From Alphaproteobacteria bacterium (GTDB lineage Bacteria; Pseudomonadota; Alphaproteobacteria; UBA8366), in assembly GCA_021774335.1 (NCBI GenBank), contig JAJFJD010000005.1:17632-81631 (forward strand): a stretch of DNA of 64,000 nucleotides. Reading direction: 5' to 3'. Of the stretch, positions 43,537-54,417 are shown one piece after another. A program made the translations under genes and the position numbers. The notes beneath the pieces were generated by a model, which had not been told where the DNA came from, did no database searches, and saw only the letters and a program-made list of their open reading frames with translations. The stretch's first letter is position 1. Each line of letters opens with the position of its first letter.

Positions 43537-44460
43537 ATGACACTGAGAGTAGAAGACACAGCCGACATGGTGCCCGCCGACAGCAGCGTCGAGGCGCCGC
43601 CGAGCCAAGCCTATATCGTTTTCCGCAAGATGTGGCATCTGCGGCTTGGCGTGTTCGGGCTCCTCTTGATGGTCGCGCTGTTGATCATCGCGTTGTTCGC
43701 ACCCTGGGTCGCGACCCACGAACCGTTGGAACAGGACATCCTGGAACGGTTGACGCCGCCGGTCTTCCTGGAGGGCGGATCGATGGAACATCTGCTTGGA
43801 ACCGATCAGCTTGGCCGCGATGTCTTCAGTCGGATTGTCCACGGCGCCCGAATTTCGCTGACGGTGGGCGTGTCTGCGGTGTTCGTTTCGGCGATCATCG
43901 GCGTGATCCTCGGTTTGTTCGCCGGTTATTTCGGCGGTTGGATCGACGCGGTGGTGGATTTCAGCGTCAACGCCATGCTGGCCTTTCCGTTCATCCTGTT
44001 GGCGATGACATTGGTTATCATCCTTGGCGCGTCGATGCAGAACATCATCCTGGCGCTGGGAATATCGAATTGGCCGATATTTGCGCGCGTCGCGCGCATC
44101 GAGACTCGAAAATTGCGCGATCAGGAATTCGTCGTCGCTGCACGGGCGCAGGGGCTTAGTCATTACAGGATCATCTTCAAGCATATCCTGACCAATCTGG
44201 CGGCCGCCATGCTGGTCATCGCCACCGTCGAAGTCGCGCGCTCGATCATTCGTGAAACCTTCCTCAGCTTCCTCGGTCTCGGCATCCAGCCGCCGACCCC
44301 GTCCTGGGGCCTGATGCTGGCGGAAGGCCGGGATTACATCCTGACCGTTTGGTGGCTGTCGACATTGCCGGGCGTTGCGATCTTCCTGTCCTGTTTGGGC
44401 ATCAACCTGGTTGGCGACGCGTTACGCGATCTGCTCGACCCGCGGATGCGGAAGGCGTAA
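43537..44460 (+). CDS. ABC transporter permease (DppC/OppC type)
   Basis: [24 protein letters not shown] and [24 protein letters not shown]. Start moved to M14. Confidence 0.9.
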   Translation: MTLRVEDTADMVPADSSVEAPPSQAYIVFRKMWHLRLGVFGLLLMVALLIIALFAPWVATHEPLEQDILERLTPPVFLEGGSMEHLLGTDQLGRDVFSRIVHGARISLTVGVSAVFVSAIIGVILGLFAGYFGGWIDAVVDFSVNAMLAFPFILLAMTLVIILGASMQNIILALGISNWPIFARVARIETRKLRDQEFVVAARAQGLSHYRIIFKHILTNLAAAMLVIATVEVARSIIRETFLSFLGLGIQPPTPSWGLMLAEGRDYILTVWWLSTLPGVAIFLSCLGINLVGDALRDLLDPRMRKA

Positions 44461-44465
44461 TCGGA

Positions 44466-45476
44466 ATGGCTGTTCAGGAAGAGGAGACCACCGCCGCGGA
44501 CCAGCCGGTCCTGGATGTCCGCGATTTGAAAATGCATTTCCCGCTGCGCGCGGGGTTGTTGAAGCGGGTCGCCAACTTCGTCTACGCGGTCGATGGCGTT
44601 AGCTTCAAGATTATGCCCGGCGAGACGCTGGGGCTGGTCGGCGAGTCCGGCTGCGGCAAATCGACGGTCGGCCGTGTGCTGCTGAAACTCTACGAGCCAA
44701 CCGCGGGCGAGGTGCGGTTCCACGGGCGCAATATCTTTGCGGTCGACGAGGCCGAGCTCAACCGGATCCGGCAGCGCATCCAGATCATCTTTCAGGACCC
44801 TTTCGCCTCCCTGAATCCGCGGATGCGGGTCAAGGAACTCGTCGGCGAGGCGTATCGCGTCCATACCGGCGACAAGGATTGGGAAAAGAACGTCGAACAG
44901 GTGCTCAAGAAGGTCGGCCTGCAGCCGGAGCATATGCAGCGCTACCCGCACGAGTTTTCCGGCGGGCAGCGTCAGCGCATCGGTATCGCCCGGGCGCTCG
45001 CGATGTCGCCGCAGCTTATTATCGCCGATGAGGCGGTGTCGGCGCTCGACGTGTCGATCCAGGCGCAGGTGATCAATCTGCTTGATTCGCTGAAGGAGGA
45101 GTTCGGCTTCTCCTTCCTGTTCATCTCGCACGATCTGTCGGTGGTCGAGCATATCGCCGATCGGGTCGCCGTGATGTATCTCGGCAAGATCGTCGAGATG
45201 GCGTCGGACCGGAACCTCTACCAGACACCGCTGCATCCTTATACCGATGCGTTGATCGCCGCCGTGCCGCGCGCCGAGGCGGGCAGACGCGCCCGGCGCA
45301 AGACGATCCTTCGAGGCGACGTGCCGAGCCCGGTCAACCCGCCGAGCGGTTGCCGTTTCCATACGCGTTGCCCGAAGGCGATGGACCATTGCCGCGTCGA
45401 AGAACCGACGATGATCGAGGCGCGGCCCGACCATTGGGTTGCTTGTCACTTGCACGGACCGATGCCCCATGACTGA
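44466..45476 (+). CDS. ABC transporter ATP-binding protein (DppF/OppF type)
   Basis: Walker [10 protein letters not shown], signature [15 protein letters not shown], Walker [13 protein letters not shown], and C-terminal oligopeptide domain CRFHTRCP. Confidence 0.9.
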   Translation: MAVQEEETTAADQPVLDVRDLKMHFPLRAGLLKRVANFVYAVDGVSFKIMPGETLGLVGESGCGKSTVGRVLLKLYEPTAGEVRFHGRNIFAVDEAELNRIRQRIQIIFQDPFASLNPRMRVKELVGEAYRVHTGDKDWEKNVEQVLKKVGLQPEHMQRYPHEFSGGQRQRIGIARALAMSPQLIIADEAVSALDVSIQAQVINLLDSLKEEFGFSFLFISHDLSVVEHIADRVAVMYLGKIVEMASDRNLYQTPLHPYTDALIAAVPRAEAGRRARRKTILRGDVPSPVNPPSGCRFHTRCPKAMDHCRVEEPTMIEARPDHWVACHLHGPMPHD

Positions 45477-46506
45477 TGACGTCGTTCTCACCGTGTCCGG
45501 CCTGCGGACGCATTTCTTCACGCCGACCGGTGTCGTAAAAGCGGTCGATGGCGTCAACTTGCAGATCCATAAAGGCCGGACGCTTGGCGTCCTGGGTGAA
45601 TCCGGCAGCGGCAAGTCGGTGACGGCGCTGTCCGTGATGCGGCTGGTTGCCGATCCGCCGGGCCGGATCGTTGACGGTGAAGTTCACTTCGACGGCCGAG
45701 ACCTTTTGAAAGTGTCGGACAGCGAGATGCGCGACGTGCGCGGCGCCGATATCTCGATGATCTTCCAGGAACCCATGACTTCGTTGAATCCGGTGATGAC
45801 GGTCGGTGATCAGGTCGCCGAAGTGTTCATGATCCATCAGGGAAAAAACCGAGAAGAGGGGCTGGACGCCGCCGCCGAGATGCTCGACCAGGTCGGCATT
45901 CCCAGCGCGAAGACCCGGCTTGGCGACTACCCGCATCAATTCTCCGGCGGCATGCGCCAGAGGGTCATGATCGCGATGGCGATCGCCTGCCGGTCGAAAC
46001 TGTTGATCGCGGACGAGCCGACGACCGCGCTCGACGTGACGATCCAAGCACAGATCCTCGATCTCATCCTGTCGTTGCAGGAAGAGTTGGACATGGCGGT
46101 CATGCTGATCACTCATGATCTGGGCGTGATTGCCGAAACCTCGGACGAGGTCGTCGTCATGTATGCCGGTGAGGTCGTCGAATATCTGCAGATCGACGAT
46201 CTGTTCGAGAATGCGCAGCATCCCTACACGCAAGGTTTGTTGCGGTCGATCCCACGGCTCGGCGACAAGTTTTCGAGAGGTAAGCAGCCGCTGCAGGAGA
46301 TTCCGGGAACGGTGCCGAACCTGATCCGGCTGCCACCCGGATGTCCTTTCGCACCGCGTTGCTCGCATGCCCTGCCGAAATGCCAGCAGGCGCGGCCGCC
46401 AATGTTTGCACTCGGCCCAAGCCATGGCAGCAAGTGCTGGTTATCCGAAAAGGATACCTCGGCCAGTGCGGAGCTGGCGCAGGCCGTTTCGGCCGAGACG
46501 GTATGA
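45469..46506 (+). CDS. ABC transporter ATP-binding protein (DppD/OppD type)
   Basis: Overlaps the previous gene by 8 nt. Walker [36 protein letters not shown] and CPFAPRC. Confidence 0.9.
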   Translation: MTDDVVLTVSGLRTHFFTPTGVVKAVDGVNLQIHKGRTLGVLGESGSGKSVTALSVMRLVADPPGRIVDGEVHFDGRDLLKVSDSEMRDVRGADISMIFQEPMTSLNPVMTVGDQVAEVFMIHQGKNREEGLDAAAEMLDQVGIPSAKTRLGDYPHQFSGGMRQRVMIAMAIACRSKLLIADEPTTALDVTIQAQILDLILSLQEELDMAVMLITHDLGVIAETSDEVVVMYAGEVVEYLQIDDLFENAQHPYTQGLLRSIPRLGDKFSRGKQPLQEIPGTVPNLIRLPPGCPFAPRCSHALPKCQQARPPMFALGPSHGSKCWLSEKDTSASAELAQAVSAETV

Positions 46507-46755
46507 TGCACCGGCAATATTCTCGCAAAAGGTCAAAAAGCGGCCAAGATTGCGGCGCATTGGTTGTAATCAAAGGGCAAGTGACTTGCGCCGCCTTTGG
46601 CGCACACCCTATTCTTTTGAAACGGAACAACAAAAAGACCATCCGATCCGGCTGCGGCGGAACGAAACGTGTATCCGCTACGGTCGATAAGCGATCATCG
46701 CGAAGATCGGCAAAACGAAGAACAGGAACTCGTATCACAGAAGGAGAGGCCCGCA

Positions 46756-48276
46756 ATGCCAGGCAGACTTAAACTGATATCTATCGCCGCCGCGTTTCTA
46801 GCGGTTGCGATCGTGGCGCCGGCGCAGGCGGCACGCGACAGTTTGAACATCGCGTTCTACACCAAGTTCCACACCATGGAGCCGTATCAGACATCGGCAC
46901 GCCAGATGCTTCAGATGGGGTATATGGTTTGGGACCCGCTGGTGCTGCGCGATCCGGACTCGGGCAAAATCTTGCCCCATGTCGCCACGTCGTGGAGCAC
47001 GCCGACCGATCGGACATGGAAATTCACAATTCGCAAGGACGTGAAATTCCATAACGGAAACCCGCTGACGGCGGAAGCGATCAAATACACGATTGAGAAC
47101 CGCGTCCTCAATCCGGAGCGCAAGTCGCCGCGGTTGCCGAACTTCAAATGGGTCAAGAGGGTCGAAGTGGTCGACGACCACAATTTCATAATCCACACCC
47201 ACGAACCGTATGCGCTCGCGTTGGAACGTCTGAACACGCTCTACATCATGGACCCGAAATGGGGCAAGGACGACCAGTACATGCAGGAACATGCCATGGG
47301 TTCCGGCCCCTACAAGTGGGTGAGCTGGACCAAGGGCAGCCGGGTCGTGCTCGTGCGCAACGAAAATTATTGGATGAAGGGCGTTCCCGCGATCAAGAAT
47401 GTGACGATCAAGGTCGTGCCGGAAGCGTCGACGCGCCTCGCCGAGCTGTTCTCGGGGGGCACCGATGTCTCGTTGAACCTGTTGCTCGACCAGGTGCCGG
47501 GCTTCAAGGATCAGCCGAATTATAAAGTGCTGAACTTCCCGATCATCCGCATCGACTTCTGGCAGTTCGATTCGAAGGGCCGGGCATCAGACACGCCGGT
47601 CAAGGATGTCCGGGTGCGCCGTGCCATTGCGCATGCGATCAACCGGGAAAAGATCGTCACGAAACTGGTCCGAGACGAAGGGTATACGGTGAACACGCCG
47701 ATGAGCCCGTATCACTTCGGCTATGACAAGACCATCAAGTGGTACAACTACGATCCGAAGAAAGCCAAGAAGCTGTTGGCCGAAGCCGGCTATCCGAAAG
47801 GTTTCGAGATCGACCTGTGGCAATATGCCGATCACCAGAATCTGCCCAACCAGGCGGCGATGGAGATGTTGAAGAAGGTCGGCATCAAAGTGAACCTGAA
47901 GGACTACCGCGGCAACTCCCAGCAGATGGGCAAGCTGCGCCGAGGCGGTAAGGTTACCGGTATCGGTAACTTCAACTGGGGCAGCTACAACATCTTCGAT
48001 GCTGATGCCATCCTGTTCCCCTTCTTCGACATGGAGTCGTCGAACAACTATTCCGGCGACAAGGAATTGTCGAAATGGTTGAACGAAGCGCGCAATTCCG
48101 TCGATCCGGAAGTCCGCGCCGCCATCTACAAGAAGGCGCAGAAGCGGATCATCGATCAGGCGTATTGGATGCCGACGTTTGGCGTCAAACGCTTCTACGG
48201 AATCCACAAGGACCTCGATCTGAAAGCTGGGCTCGACGAAGTGCCGCGCTTCCAGTTCGCGAAGTGGAAAAAGTAA
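46756..48276 (+). CDS. ABC transporter substrate-binding protein, family 5 (peptide/nickel/opine type)
   Basis: AAGGAGAGG SD. Signal peptide MPGRLKLISIAAAFLAVAIVAPAQA. SBP_bac_5-like body. Encoded last in the operon. Confidence 0.9.
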   Translation: MPGRLKLISIAAAFLAVAIVAPAQAARDSLNIAFYTKFHTMEPYQTSARQMLQMGYMVWDPLVLRDPDSGKILPHVATSWSTPTDRTWKFTIRKDVKFHNGNPLTAEAIKYTIENRVLNPERKSPRLPNFKWVKRVEVVDDHNFIIHTHEPYALALERLNTLYIMDPKWGKDDQYMQEHAMGSGPYKWVSWTKGSRVVLVRNENYWMKGVPAIKNVTIKVVPEASTRLAELFSGGTDVSLNLLLDQVPGFKDQPNYKVLNFPIIRIDFWQFDSKGRASDTPVKDVRVRRAIAHAINREKIVTKLVRDEGYTVNTPMSPYHFGYDKTIKWYNYDPKKAKKLLAEAGYPKGFEIDLWQYADHQNLPNQAAMEMLKKVGIKVNLKDYRGNSQQMGKLRRGGKVTGIGNFNWGSYNIFDADAILFPFFDMESSNNYSGDKELSKWLNEARNSVDPEVRAAIYKKAQKRIIDQAYWMPTFGVKRFYGIHKDLDLKAGLDEVPRFQFAKWKK

Positions 48277-48301
48277 ACGCCGTCAATTGATTGGCGATCG
48301 A

Positions 48302-48328
48302 GTGGGGCCTTCGGGCCCCACTTTTTTT
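48302..48328 (+). terminator. Intrinsic terminator of the ABC operon
   Basis: gtggggcc-ttcg-ggccccac followed by TTTTTTT, starting 26 nt after the stop at 48276. Confidence 0.85.
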
Positions 48329-48365
48329 GTGCGGTACCGCCGCGGCTGAGGGGCCGACTCTCGGT

Positions 48366-49997
48366 TCAGGCGCGCCGCACCGTCGGCGCCGGATGGCTTT
48401 CAAGCGATACATTCAGGCAGGTCGGCCGGCCCGATTTCAGGGCCTTGTCGAGTGCCGGCGCCATTTCGTCCGCCCGCGTGACGAGGCCCCCTTCGCAACC
48501 CAATGCGACGGCAGCCTGGTCGTAGCGCGTGGCGTTCAGTTCGCATCCCATCATCCGCTGTGGCCCGAAGTCGCGCAGTTGGATCTGGAATTCGGCGTTC
48601 CATTTCGCGTCATTGCCGACGATCAGCACGAAAGGCGAGTTGGTCCGCGCCGCGGTATCGAACTCGCTCAGGTGAAACCCCATCGATCCGTCGCCCATCA
48701 GCGCGATCACCGGCGCGCCGGGTTTCGTCAGTCCGGCGGCGACGCTGAACGGGATGCCTGCGCCGATGGCCCCGCCGGGGCCGTTGATGATGCGGTTGGG
48801 GGCGTGCAGGCAGGCCTGCGCCCACTGCCCGAATTCGCCACCGTCGATGATCAACACCGCGTCGGGCGACTCGTCGAGCTTGGCCTGTACCGCGCGGCAG
48901 ACATCAATCGGGTGCAACGGGTTGTCCGACCCCGCAGACAGGGTGGCCCATTCCGCGGGCCGATGGGTGACCGCGTCTTTGACATTGGCCGACCAGTCGG
49001 CATCGACGGCCGGCGCGTTGGCGAGCGCGATCAGCCTTTCGGCCGCGGGCAAGGCATCGGCCTTGGCGGCAAGGGTCAGGCGGCTGCCGAACAGCGCGCC
49101 GCTTCGGTCGAGCTCCAGTTGCTCCGGGTCGATGTGAATGACGGAACCGTCAGCCGCCATTGCCGCGCCGAGTTGGACGGTGAAGTCCAGCCGCTTGCCG
49201 ACCGATACCACCAGATCGGCGTCCTGCAACGCTTCCGCGAAGGCGCCGAGGCAGGGGTCGTTGGTGCCGCGCGGGCTTTCCGAACACACGACGGGCACGC
49301 CGGTCGCCACCTCCAGGCGCTTCGCGGCTTCCGCCCCTTTCCCACGGGCAAAGGTGGGGCCGACCAGGATCAACGGGCGCGCCGCTGCCGCAATGGCGTC
49401 GAGTGTATTTTGTGCGTCGGCGTCAGCCAGATCGTTCTGGTCTGGCGTGAACGCATCCGCTGCCGGCACAGCACCGCCGTCGGCCTCTGCACACAGGATG
49501 TCGAAGGGCAGGGCGACATGGACCGGCCCGGGCCGGTCGGCGCGGGCGATCCGCATCGCCTCGGCGATGGCGGGGGCGGCGTCTTCGGCTTTCTCGACGG
49601 TCCACGAAGCTTTCGCCAGATGCGCCGCCATATCGGCCTGCGGCATTTCCTGGAAGGCGCCCTGGCCGATGCGGGCGACGGGCGCGTGGCCACTCAACAG
49701 CACCATCGGACTTTCCGACATGCGGGCCGAATAGAGCGCGGACAAGGCGTTCGCGAATCCCGGTCCGGCCGGTACCAAGGCGACGGCGACGTCGCCGGTC
49801 AACTGCGCGCGGGCTTCCGCCATATGGACCGCGGCGGCTTCGTGGCGAATGTGGACGACGCCGATTTGTTCATCCAGGAAGGCATCGAAGAGGACCATGA
49901 TCTGGTTGCCGGACATGGCGAAGACGGTTTCGATGCCGGCCGCCCGAAGGGCTTGCGCGGCCCTGTCCGCACCGCGGACCGAGTCTGATTTTTGCAT
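48366..49997 (-). CDS. Thiamine-pyrophosphate-dependent enzyme (acetolactate synthase/oxalyl-CoA decarboxylase-like)
   Basis: N-terminal GIETVFAMSGNQI...HEAAAVHMAEA, and C-terminal TPP motif GDGSMGF...NDAKWN. Start moved to M39. Confidence 0.9.
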   Translation of the reverse strand: MQKSDSVRGADRAAQALRAAGIETVFAMSGNQIMVLFDAFLDEQIGVVHIRHEAAAVHMAEARAQLTGDVAVALVPAGPGFANALSALYSARMSESPMVLLSGHAPVARIGQGAFQEMPQADMAAHLAKASWTVEKAEDAAPAIAEAMRIARADRPGPVHVALPFDILCAEADGGAVPAADAFTPDQNDLADADAQNTLDAIAAAARPLILVGPTFARGKGAEAAKRLEVATGVPVVCSESPRGTNDPCLGAFAEALQDADLVVSVGKRLDFTVQLGAAMAADGSVIHIDPEQLELDRSGALFGSRLTLAAKADALPAAERLIALANAPAVDADWSANVKDAVTHRPAEWATLSAGSDNPLHPIDVCRAVQAKLDESPDAVLIIDGGEFGQWAQACLHAPNRIINGPGGAIGAGIPFSVAAGLTKPGAPVIALMGDGSMGFHLSEFDTAARTNSPFVLIVGNDAKWNAEFQIQLRDFGPQRMMGCELNATRYDQAAVALGCEGGLVTRADEMAPALDKALKSGRPTCLNVSLESHPAPTVRRA

Positions 49998-50140
49998 GGA
50001 GGTGCTCGCTTTTCTTCGTGTCGCTGCGTCGCAATTCGGTGGGAGGGGAGCGATCCCCATTTGTCTATGTATGCGCGGATTTCGCCGTCGCCGCAATGCG
50101 GCGAACGGCAAAAATCAGCCGGTTTGACGGGGTGTTCCGG

Positions 50141-51007
50141 TCAGGTGCGTCCGGATGCCGCGAGGCCCCGTTCCAATCCGGCGAAGGACATCGTGGGTTG
50201 CGCCATCAGCCAACGGAACCCGCGCTCCAACAGCTCGTCCACATTGCCGGCGTCGACATGCGGATGGCCGCAGACCACGTCATGCTCCTTGCAGATGGTG
50301 AGGATGTCGTCGATGGCGGACGCGACCGTCGGGTGATCGTACTGACGCGGATATCCCAGATCCTGCGACAGGTCGCCTTCGCCGATCAGCACCACGCCGA
50401 TGCCTTGTACTTCCTCAAGCATCTTCGGCAGGTTTTTGATGGCGCGCTTTTCCTCGCACATGATCACGACCAATATTTCGCCGTCCGGGTTGAGCGGCCA
50501 GACGTCGGCGCGTTTGTAATAGGTCTGCTGGTCGATGCCCCAATAGCCGGCGGCGGTGCGCGGTCCATCGCCGCGTTGGCCCGCGGGGTCGAACAGTGGC
50601 GCTTCGGGCGGGCGAGGGTAGCGGCAGGCGGCCACCGCATTGCGCGCTTCGTCGACCGTGCTGACATGCGGCCAGATTACGCCGTAGACGCCAAGGTCGA
50701 GCACCTGCTTCGCCGTCCACTGGTTCATCTCGCCGCCATTCGGCGGAATGCGCACGAAGGGTGCGGTTGCGGGCGCGAGGCTACCACCCTCCAGAATCTG
50801 CCGCCGATCGAGCATATACTGCATGCAGTGGCGCATCGCGGTGACGTCATAGGCGCCATGCTCCATCTCGAACACCAGCGCATCATAGGGGGCGGCGTTG
50901 ATGGCCTGGGTTGCGCCGATCTCCGGCGCGGTAAAGGTGGTGAAGGCGGGCTTGCCCTGTTCGAGCGCCCGGATCGCGCCGTTCAGACGCGGCAAATTCT
51001 TGGCCAT
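50141..51007 (-). CDS. HpcH/HpaI-family aldolase
   Basis: GGGAGAG SD. YDALVFEMEHGAYD, VRIPPNG and IGEGDLSQDLG are typical of 2-keto-3-deoxy-acid aldolases. Confidence 0.85.
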   Translation of the reverse strand: MAKNLPRLNGAIRALEQGKPAFTTFTAPEIGATQAINAAPYDALVFEMEHGAYDVTAMRHCMQYMLDRRQILEGGSLAPATAPFVRIPPNGGEMNQWTAKQVLDLGVYGVIWPHVSTVDEARNAVAACRYPRPPEAPLFDPAGQRGDGPRTAAGYWGIDQQTYYKRADVWPLNPDGEILVVIMCEEKRAIKNLPKMLEEVQGIGVVLIGEGDLSQDLGYPRQYDHPTVASAIDDILTICKEHDVVCGHPHVDAGNVDELLERGFRWLMAQPTMSFAGLERGLAASGRT

Positions 51008-51034
51008 TGTAGCTCTCCCTAGTCTTGATTTCGG

Positions 51035-51883
51035 TTAGCGCTCGGCGAGCGCCAGCACACGCGTCATCGACCGTAGCACGGGGCGTTCGATCAACTCGCC
51101 GTCCACCACCAGCAAGCCGCTGTCGTGGTTGGCGAAGGCTTCGACGATGCGGCGCGCCTTGTCCACCTGTTCCGGGCTTGGGCTGAAGATGCCATTGATC
51201 ACTGGTATCTGCTTGGGGTGGATCGCCGCCTTGCCGGTGTAGCCGATCTCCGCGGATGCGCGCGCCGCCTCCTCAAGCCCCGGCATGTCGTTGAGGTCCA
51301 GAAACGGCACGTCGATCATGTCGACATCCGCGCCCGCGGCGGCATGGACCGCGCGCTGCCGGGCATGCAGCAGGCCGTCCCATGTCGGCTCGACCCGCAG
51401 GTCGGCGGCCATGTCGACCCCGCCGAACAATAGGGAATCGATACGGTCGCAGGACTGCGCAATGTCGTAGGCGGCGTTCAGCCCGTCATTGGTTTCGATG
51501 ATGACGTGAAACCGGATCGCGCCGTGCGGGCCGCTCAACAGGTCGGCCAGCAGGCGAACTTCGTCGGCGGTCTTCACCTTGGTCAGCATCAGTGCCGGCG
51601 GCGGCGTATCGGTCTCGCCGATCGCCAACACGTCGCGTTGCCCTTCCGGTGTGCGCAGGCAGTTGATGCGGACGATCCGCTCGACCCCATCGTCGGCCTG
51701 CGGCTCGGTGAACAGGGCCAGCGTCTTGTCGCGGGCAATTTGTTTGTGCTGCGGCGCGATGGCGTCTTCCAGATCGATGCAGACGATATCGCTGCCGGTC
51801 GTCAGTGCCTTGGGAAACATATCCGGATGGTCGCCTGGAACGAAAATCAGGCTGCGGCGCGGTTGGATCTTGGTATCGGTCAC
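51035..51883 (-). CDS. CitE/HpcH-family lyase (citrate lyase beta / malyl-CoA lyase-thioesterase-like)
   Basis: RRSLIFVPGD, DIVCIDLEDAI, RINC and GGVDMAADL are CitE-like motifs. Confidence 0.85.
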   Translation of the reverse strand: MTDTKIQPRRSLIFVPGDHPDMFPKALTTGSDIVCIDLEDAIAPQHKQIARDKTLALFTEPQADDGVERIVRINCLRTPEGQRDVLAIGETDTPPPALMLTKVKTADEVRLLADLLSGPHGAIRFHVIIETNDGLNAAYDIAQSCDRIDSLLFGGVDMAADLRVEPTWDGLLHARQRAVHAAAGADVDMIDVPFLDLNDMPGLEEAARASAEIGYTGKAAIHPKQIPVINGIFSPSPEQVDKARRIVEAFANHDSGLLVVDGELIERPVLRSMTRVLALAER

Positions 51884-51999
51884 TCTTTCGTAACTCCCCG
51901 TGCATTGCGTTTAGGCACCATCATACGTCAAATTGACCGGCACCGCCGCGCCGATTCTGGATTTCGCGGCAGAACGATCCGTATACCGGGAGCGCCGCC

Positions 52000-52713
52000 A
52001 TGTCCGAACCGCAACCCCGCCGGCCGATCCTGATAGTCGAGGACGACCGCAACATCGCCTCCCTGGTCGAGCAGTATCTGCAGAAGGATGGCTTCGAGAC
52101 GTTGAGCGCCGGCGACGGGGACAACGGCTTGGCCCTGGCGCGCCGCCAGAATCCGGCCTTGGTGATCCTGGACATCAATCTGCCTGGAATGGACGGCTGG
52201 GAAGTGTGCCGGGCGCTGCGGCGGGATTCCGACGTGCCGATCCTGATGCTGACGGCGCGCGCCGAGGAAATGGATCGCGTGGTCGGCCTGTCGATCGGTG
52301 CTGACGACTATGTCGTCAAACCGTTCAGCCCGCGCGAACTGGTGGAACGGGTGAAGGCGATCCTGCGCCGCACGACCGTCCGGGCCGAACCCTCGGCCGC
52401 TGTCATTCTGGAGTCCGGGCCGATCCGGCTGGACCCCGAACGGCATGCGGTCACGATGAACGGCACGGACGTGTCGCTGACGCCGTCCGAATTCAAACTG
52501 CTGCAGACCATGATGCAGACGCCGGGCAAGGTCTTCAGCCGCGATGAGCTGCTCGATCGACTTTATGACAACGGCGGGGTCGTGGTCGACCGTGTCATCG
52601 ACGTTCATATGGGCAAGCTGCGGCAAAAGCTGGAGCCGGACCCGTCGACGCCGCAATTCCTGCTGACGGTGCACGGTATCGGCTATCGCTTCGCCGATCC
52701 CAATACTCCCTAA
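52000..52713 (+). CDS. OmpR-family response regulator
   Basis: Receiver ILIVEDD...LVILDINLPGMDG...ILMLTAR...GADDYVVKPF, plus a winged-helix C-terminus HGIGYRF. Confidence 0.95.
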   Translation: MSEPQPRRPILIVEDDRNIASLVEQYLQKDGFETLSAGDGDNGLALARRQNPALVILDINLPGMDGWEVCRALRRDSDVPILMLTARAEEMDRVVGLSIGADDYVVKPFSPRELVERVKAILRRTTVRAEPSAAVILESGPIRLDPERHAVTMNGTDVSLTPSEFKLLQTMMQTPGKVFSRDELLDRLYDNGGVVVDRVIDVHMGKLRQKLEPDPSTPQFLLTVHGIGYRFADPNTP

Positions 52714-52729
52714 ACGCCAGGAGCCGATT

Positions 52730-53794
52730 ATGCGCGATAAGCTTTTGTGGAAATTGCTGGCGATCAACCTGCCGGTCATCGGCATGGTTATCCTGATCGT
52801 CTGGTTCGCGGTGGATTTCCTGGCCGCCGATTACTTCACCGTGCTGATGGAGGAGTACAAGATCTCTCCTTCCGACACGCACAGGATGTTTGTCGAATCG
52901 GTTCACCGCTATCTGATCCAGGCCAGCATCGTGGCCGCCGCGATCGCGGTTCTGCTGAGCTTCCTGTTGACGCGGACGGTGCTGCGGCCGCTATCGCAGA
53001 TGACCGAAATCAGCCAGCGTGTGGCGGCGGGCGATTACTCGGCGCGCGTCGAGGTGACCTCGAAGGACGAGGTGGGGCGGCTCGGTCTGGCCTTCAATCG
53101 CATGGCGGATAGCCTGGAAAAGATCGAGGGTCTCCGCCGCACCATGGTGGTCGATCTCGCCCATGAACTGCGCACGCCGCTAACCAGCTTGCGTGGCTAT
53201 TTCGAAGCGATGGAAGATGGCGTGGTCGAGGCGAACAAGGGAACCTTCGGAATTTTGCAGGACGAGATCATGCGTCTTGTCCGGCTCGTCGAGAGCCTGC
53301 ACCAGCTCACCAAGGCCGATGCGGCGAAGGCGTTCCTGAGCCGACAGCAGGTCGACCTGCCCGCACTGATCGCGCAGGCGTTGGAACTCGACCGCTTCCA
53401 ATTCCAGTCGCGCGACATCACCGTCGAGACCAAACTGCCGGCCGACCCGTTGATCGTGCAGGGGGACCGGGACAAGCTGCTGCAGGTGCTGCGCAACCTG
53501 ACGCAGAATGCCTGGCAGTACACGCCGGATGGCGGCAGGCTGACGGTCATCGCCGAAAGCGACGGCGACGGCATCACGGTGTCCTTCGCGAACACGGCGG
53601 CCGGTATCGTCGAGACGGATCTGCCGCTGATCTTCGAGCGCTTCTATCGTGTCGACAAGTCGCGGTCGCGCGACAGCGGCGGCGCGGGGATCGGCCTGAC
53701 CATCGTCAAGGAACTGGTCGAAGCGCATGGCGGGCGCGTCGGGGCCGACACCGGGGACGGGGATGTCCGCTTCTGGTTCGAATTGGACCGCTGA
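52730..53794 (+). CDS. Sensor histidine kinase (2 TM, short extracytoplasmic loop, HAMP, HisKA, HATPase)
   Basis: AGGAG SD. H-box AHELRTPLTSLRGY, N-box LRNLTQNAWQYT, and G-boxes GGAGIGLTIVKELVEAHGG. Confidence 0.9.
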   Translation: MRDKLLWKLLAINLPVIGMVILIVWFAVDFLAADYFTVLMEEYKISPSDTHRMFVESVHRYLIQASIVAAAIAVLLSFLLTRTVLRPLSQMTEISQRVAAGDYSARVEVTSKDEVGRLGLAFNRMADSLEKIEGLRRTMVVDLAHELRTPLTSLRGYFEAMEDGVVEANKGTFGILQDEIMRLVRLVESLHQLTKADAAKAFLSRQQVDLPALIAQALELDRFQFQSRDITVETKLPADPLIVQGDRDKLLQVLRNLTQNAWQYTPDGGRLTVIAESDGDGITVSFANTAAGIVETDLPLIFERFYRVDKSRSRDSGGAGIGLTIVKELVEAHGGRVGADTGDGDVRFWFELDR

Positions 53795-53976
53795 AACGCC
53801 CGGTTTCGGCCGGATTGCACCCTTACAAAATCTTTAAATCTTCCTTATCGGGACTTTACGTCTCTTTGCCACACTCCCCGGCATGGCCTCTTCGCCTGCT
53901 TTGCGGCGCGGACGGGGCCCAGAGGCTTCCGGGCCCCGCCAAGAGGGTCCACCAAATGCGTTTGGAGAAACAAATT

Positions 53977-54258
53977 ATGCAGAAGAAGAAATTGCCGCTC
54001 GCCCGCACCGCCCTCGCCCTTGGCGCCGCGGTTGCTCTGTCGAGCGCAGTTGCCCTGCCGACGGCGACCGCGATTGCCGGTGAGCGCATCCAGCTCGCCG
54101 CCTGTAAGGCGAACCCGTGTGCCGGCAAGAACCCCTGTGCGGCCAAGAAAGCGTGCAACCCGTGCGCTGCCAAGAATCCTTGCGCGGCCAAAAAGGCCTG
54201 CAACCCCTGCGCCGCGAAGAAGGCGTGCCGTCCTTGCAACCCCTGCAAAGCCAAGTAA
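53977..54258 (+). CDS. Secreted Cys-rich NPCAAK-repeat peptide (93 aa precursor)
   Basis: GGAG SD. Signal peptide MQKKKLPLARTALALGAAVALSSAVALPTATAIAG. The C-terminal 52 aa, ACKANPCAGKNPCAAKKACNPCAAKNPCAAKKACNPCAAKKACRPCNPCKAK, contain 11 Cys. Start moved to M55 of the track ORF. Confidence 0.7.
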   Translation: MQKKKLPLARTALALGAAVALSSAVALPTATAIAGERIQLAACKANPCAGKNPCAAKKACNPCAAKNPCAAKKACNPCAAKKACRPCNPCKAK

Positions 54259-54417
54259 CCCACCCAGGGTAACCGCTTGCGCGACGCGCATAGCCTTCAT
54301 GTGTCGGTCGAGGTGTCGCCACTGTCCCCCGTTGCGTGCTGGGTGGACGATGGTGGCCCTCGCCGCCATATCTCTTGCATAAGATCATTTGGGCAACCAG
54401 CGACGTAGGAGACGAGA

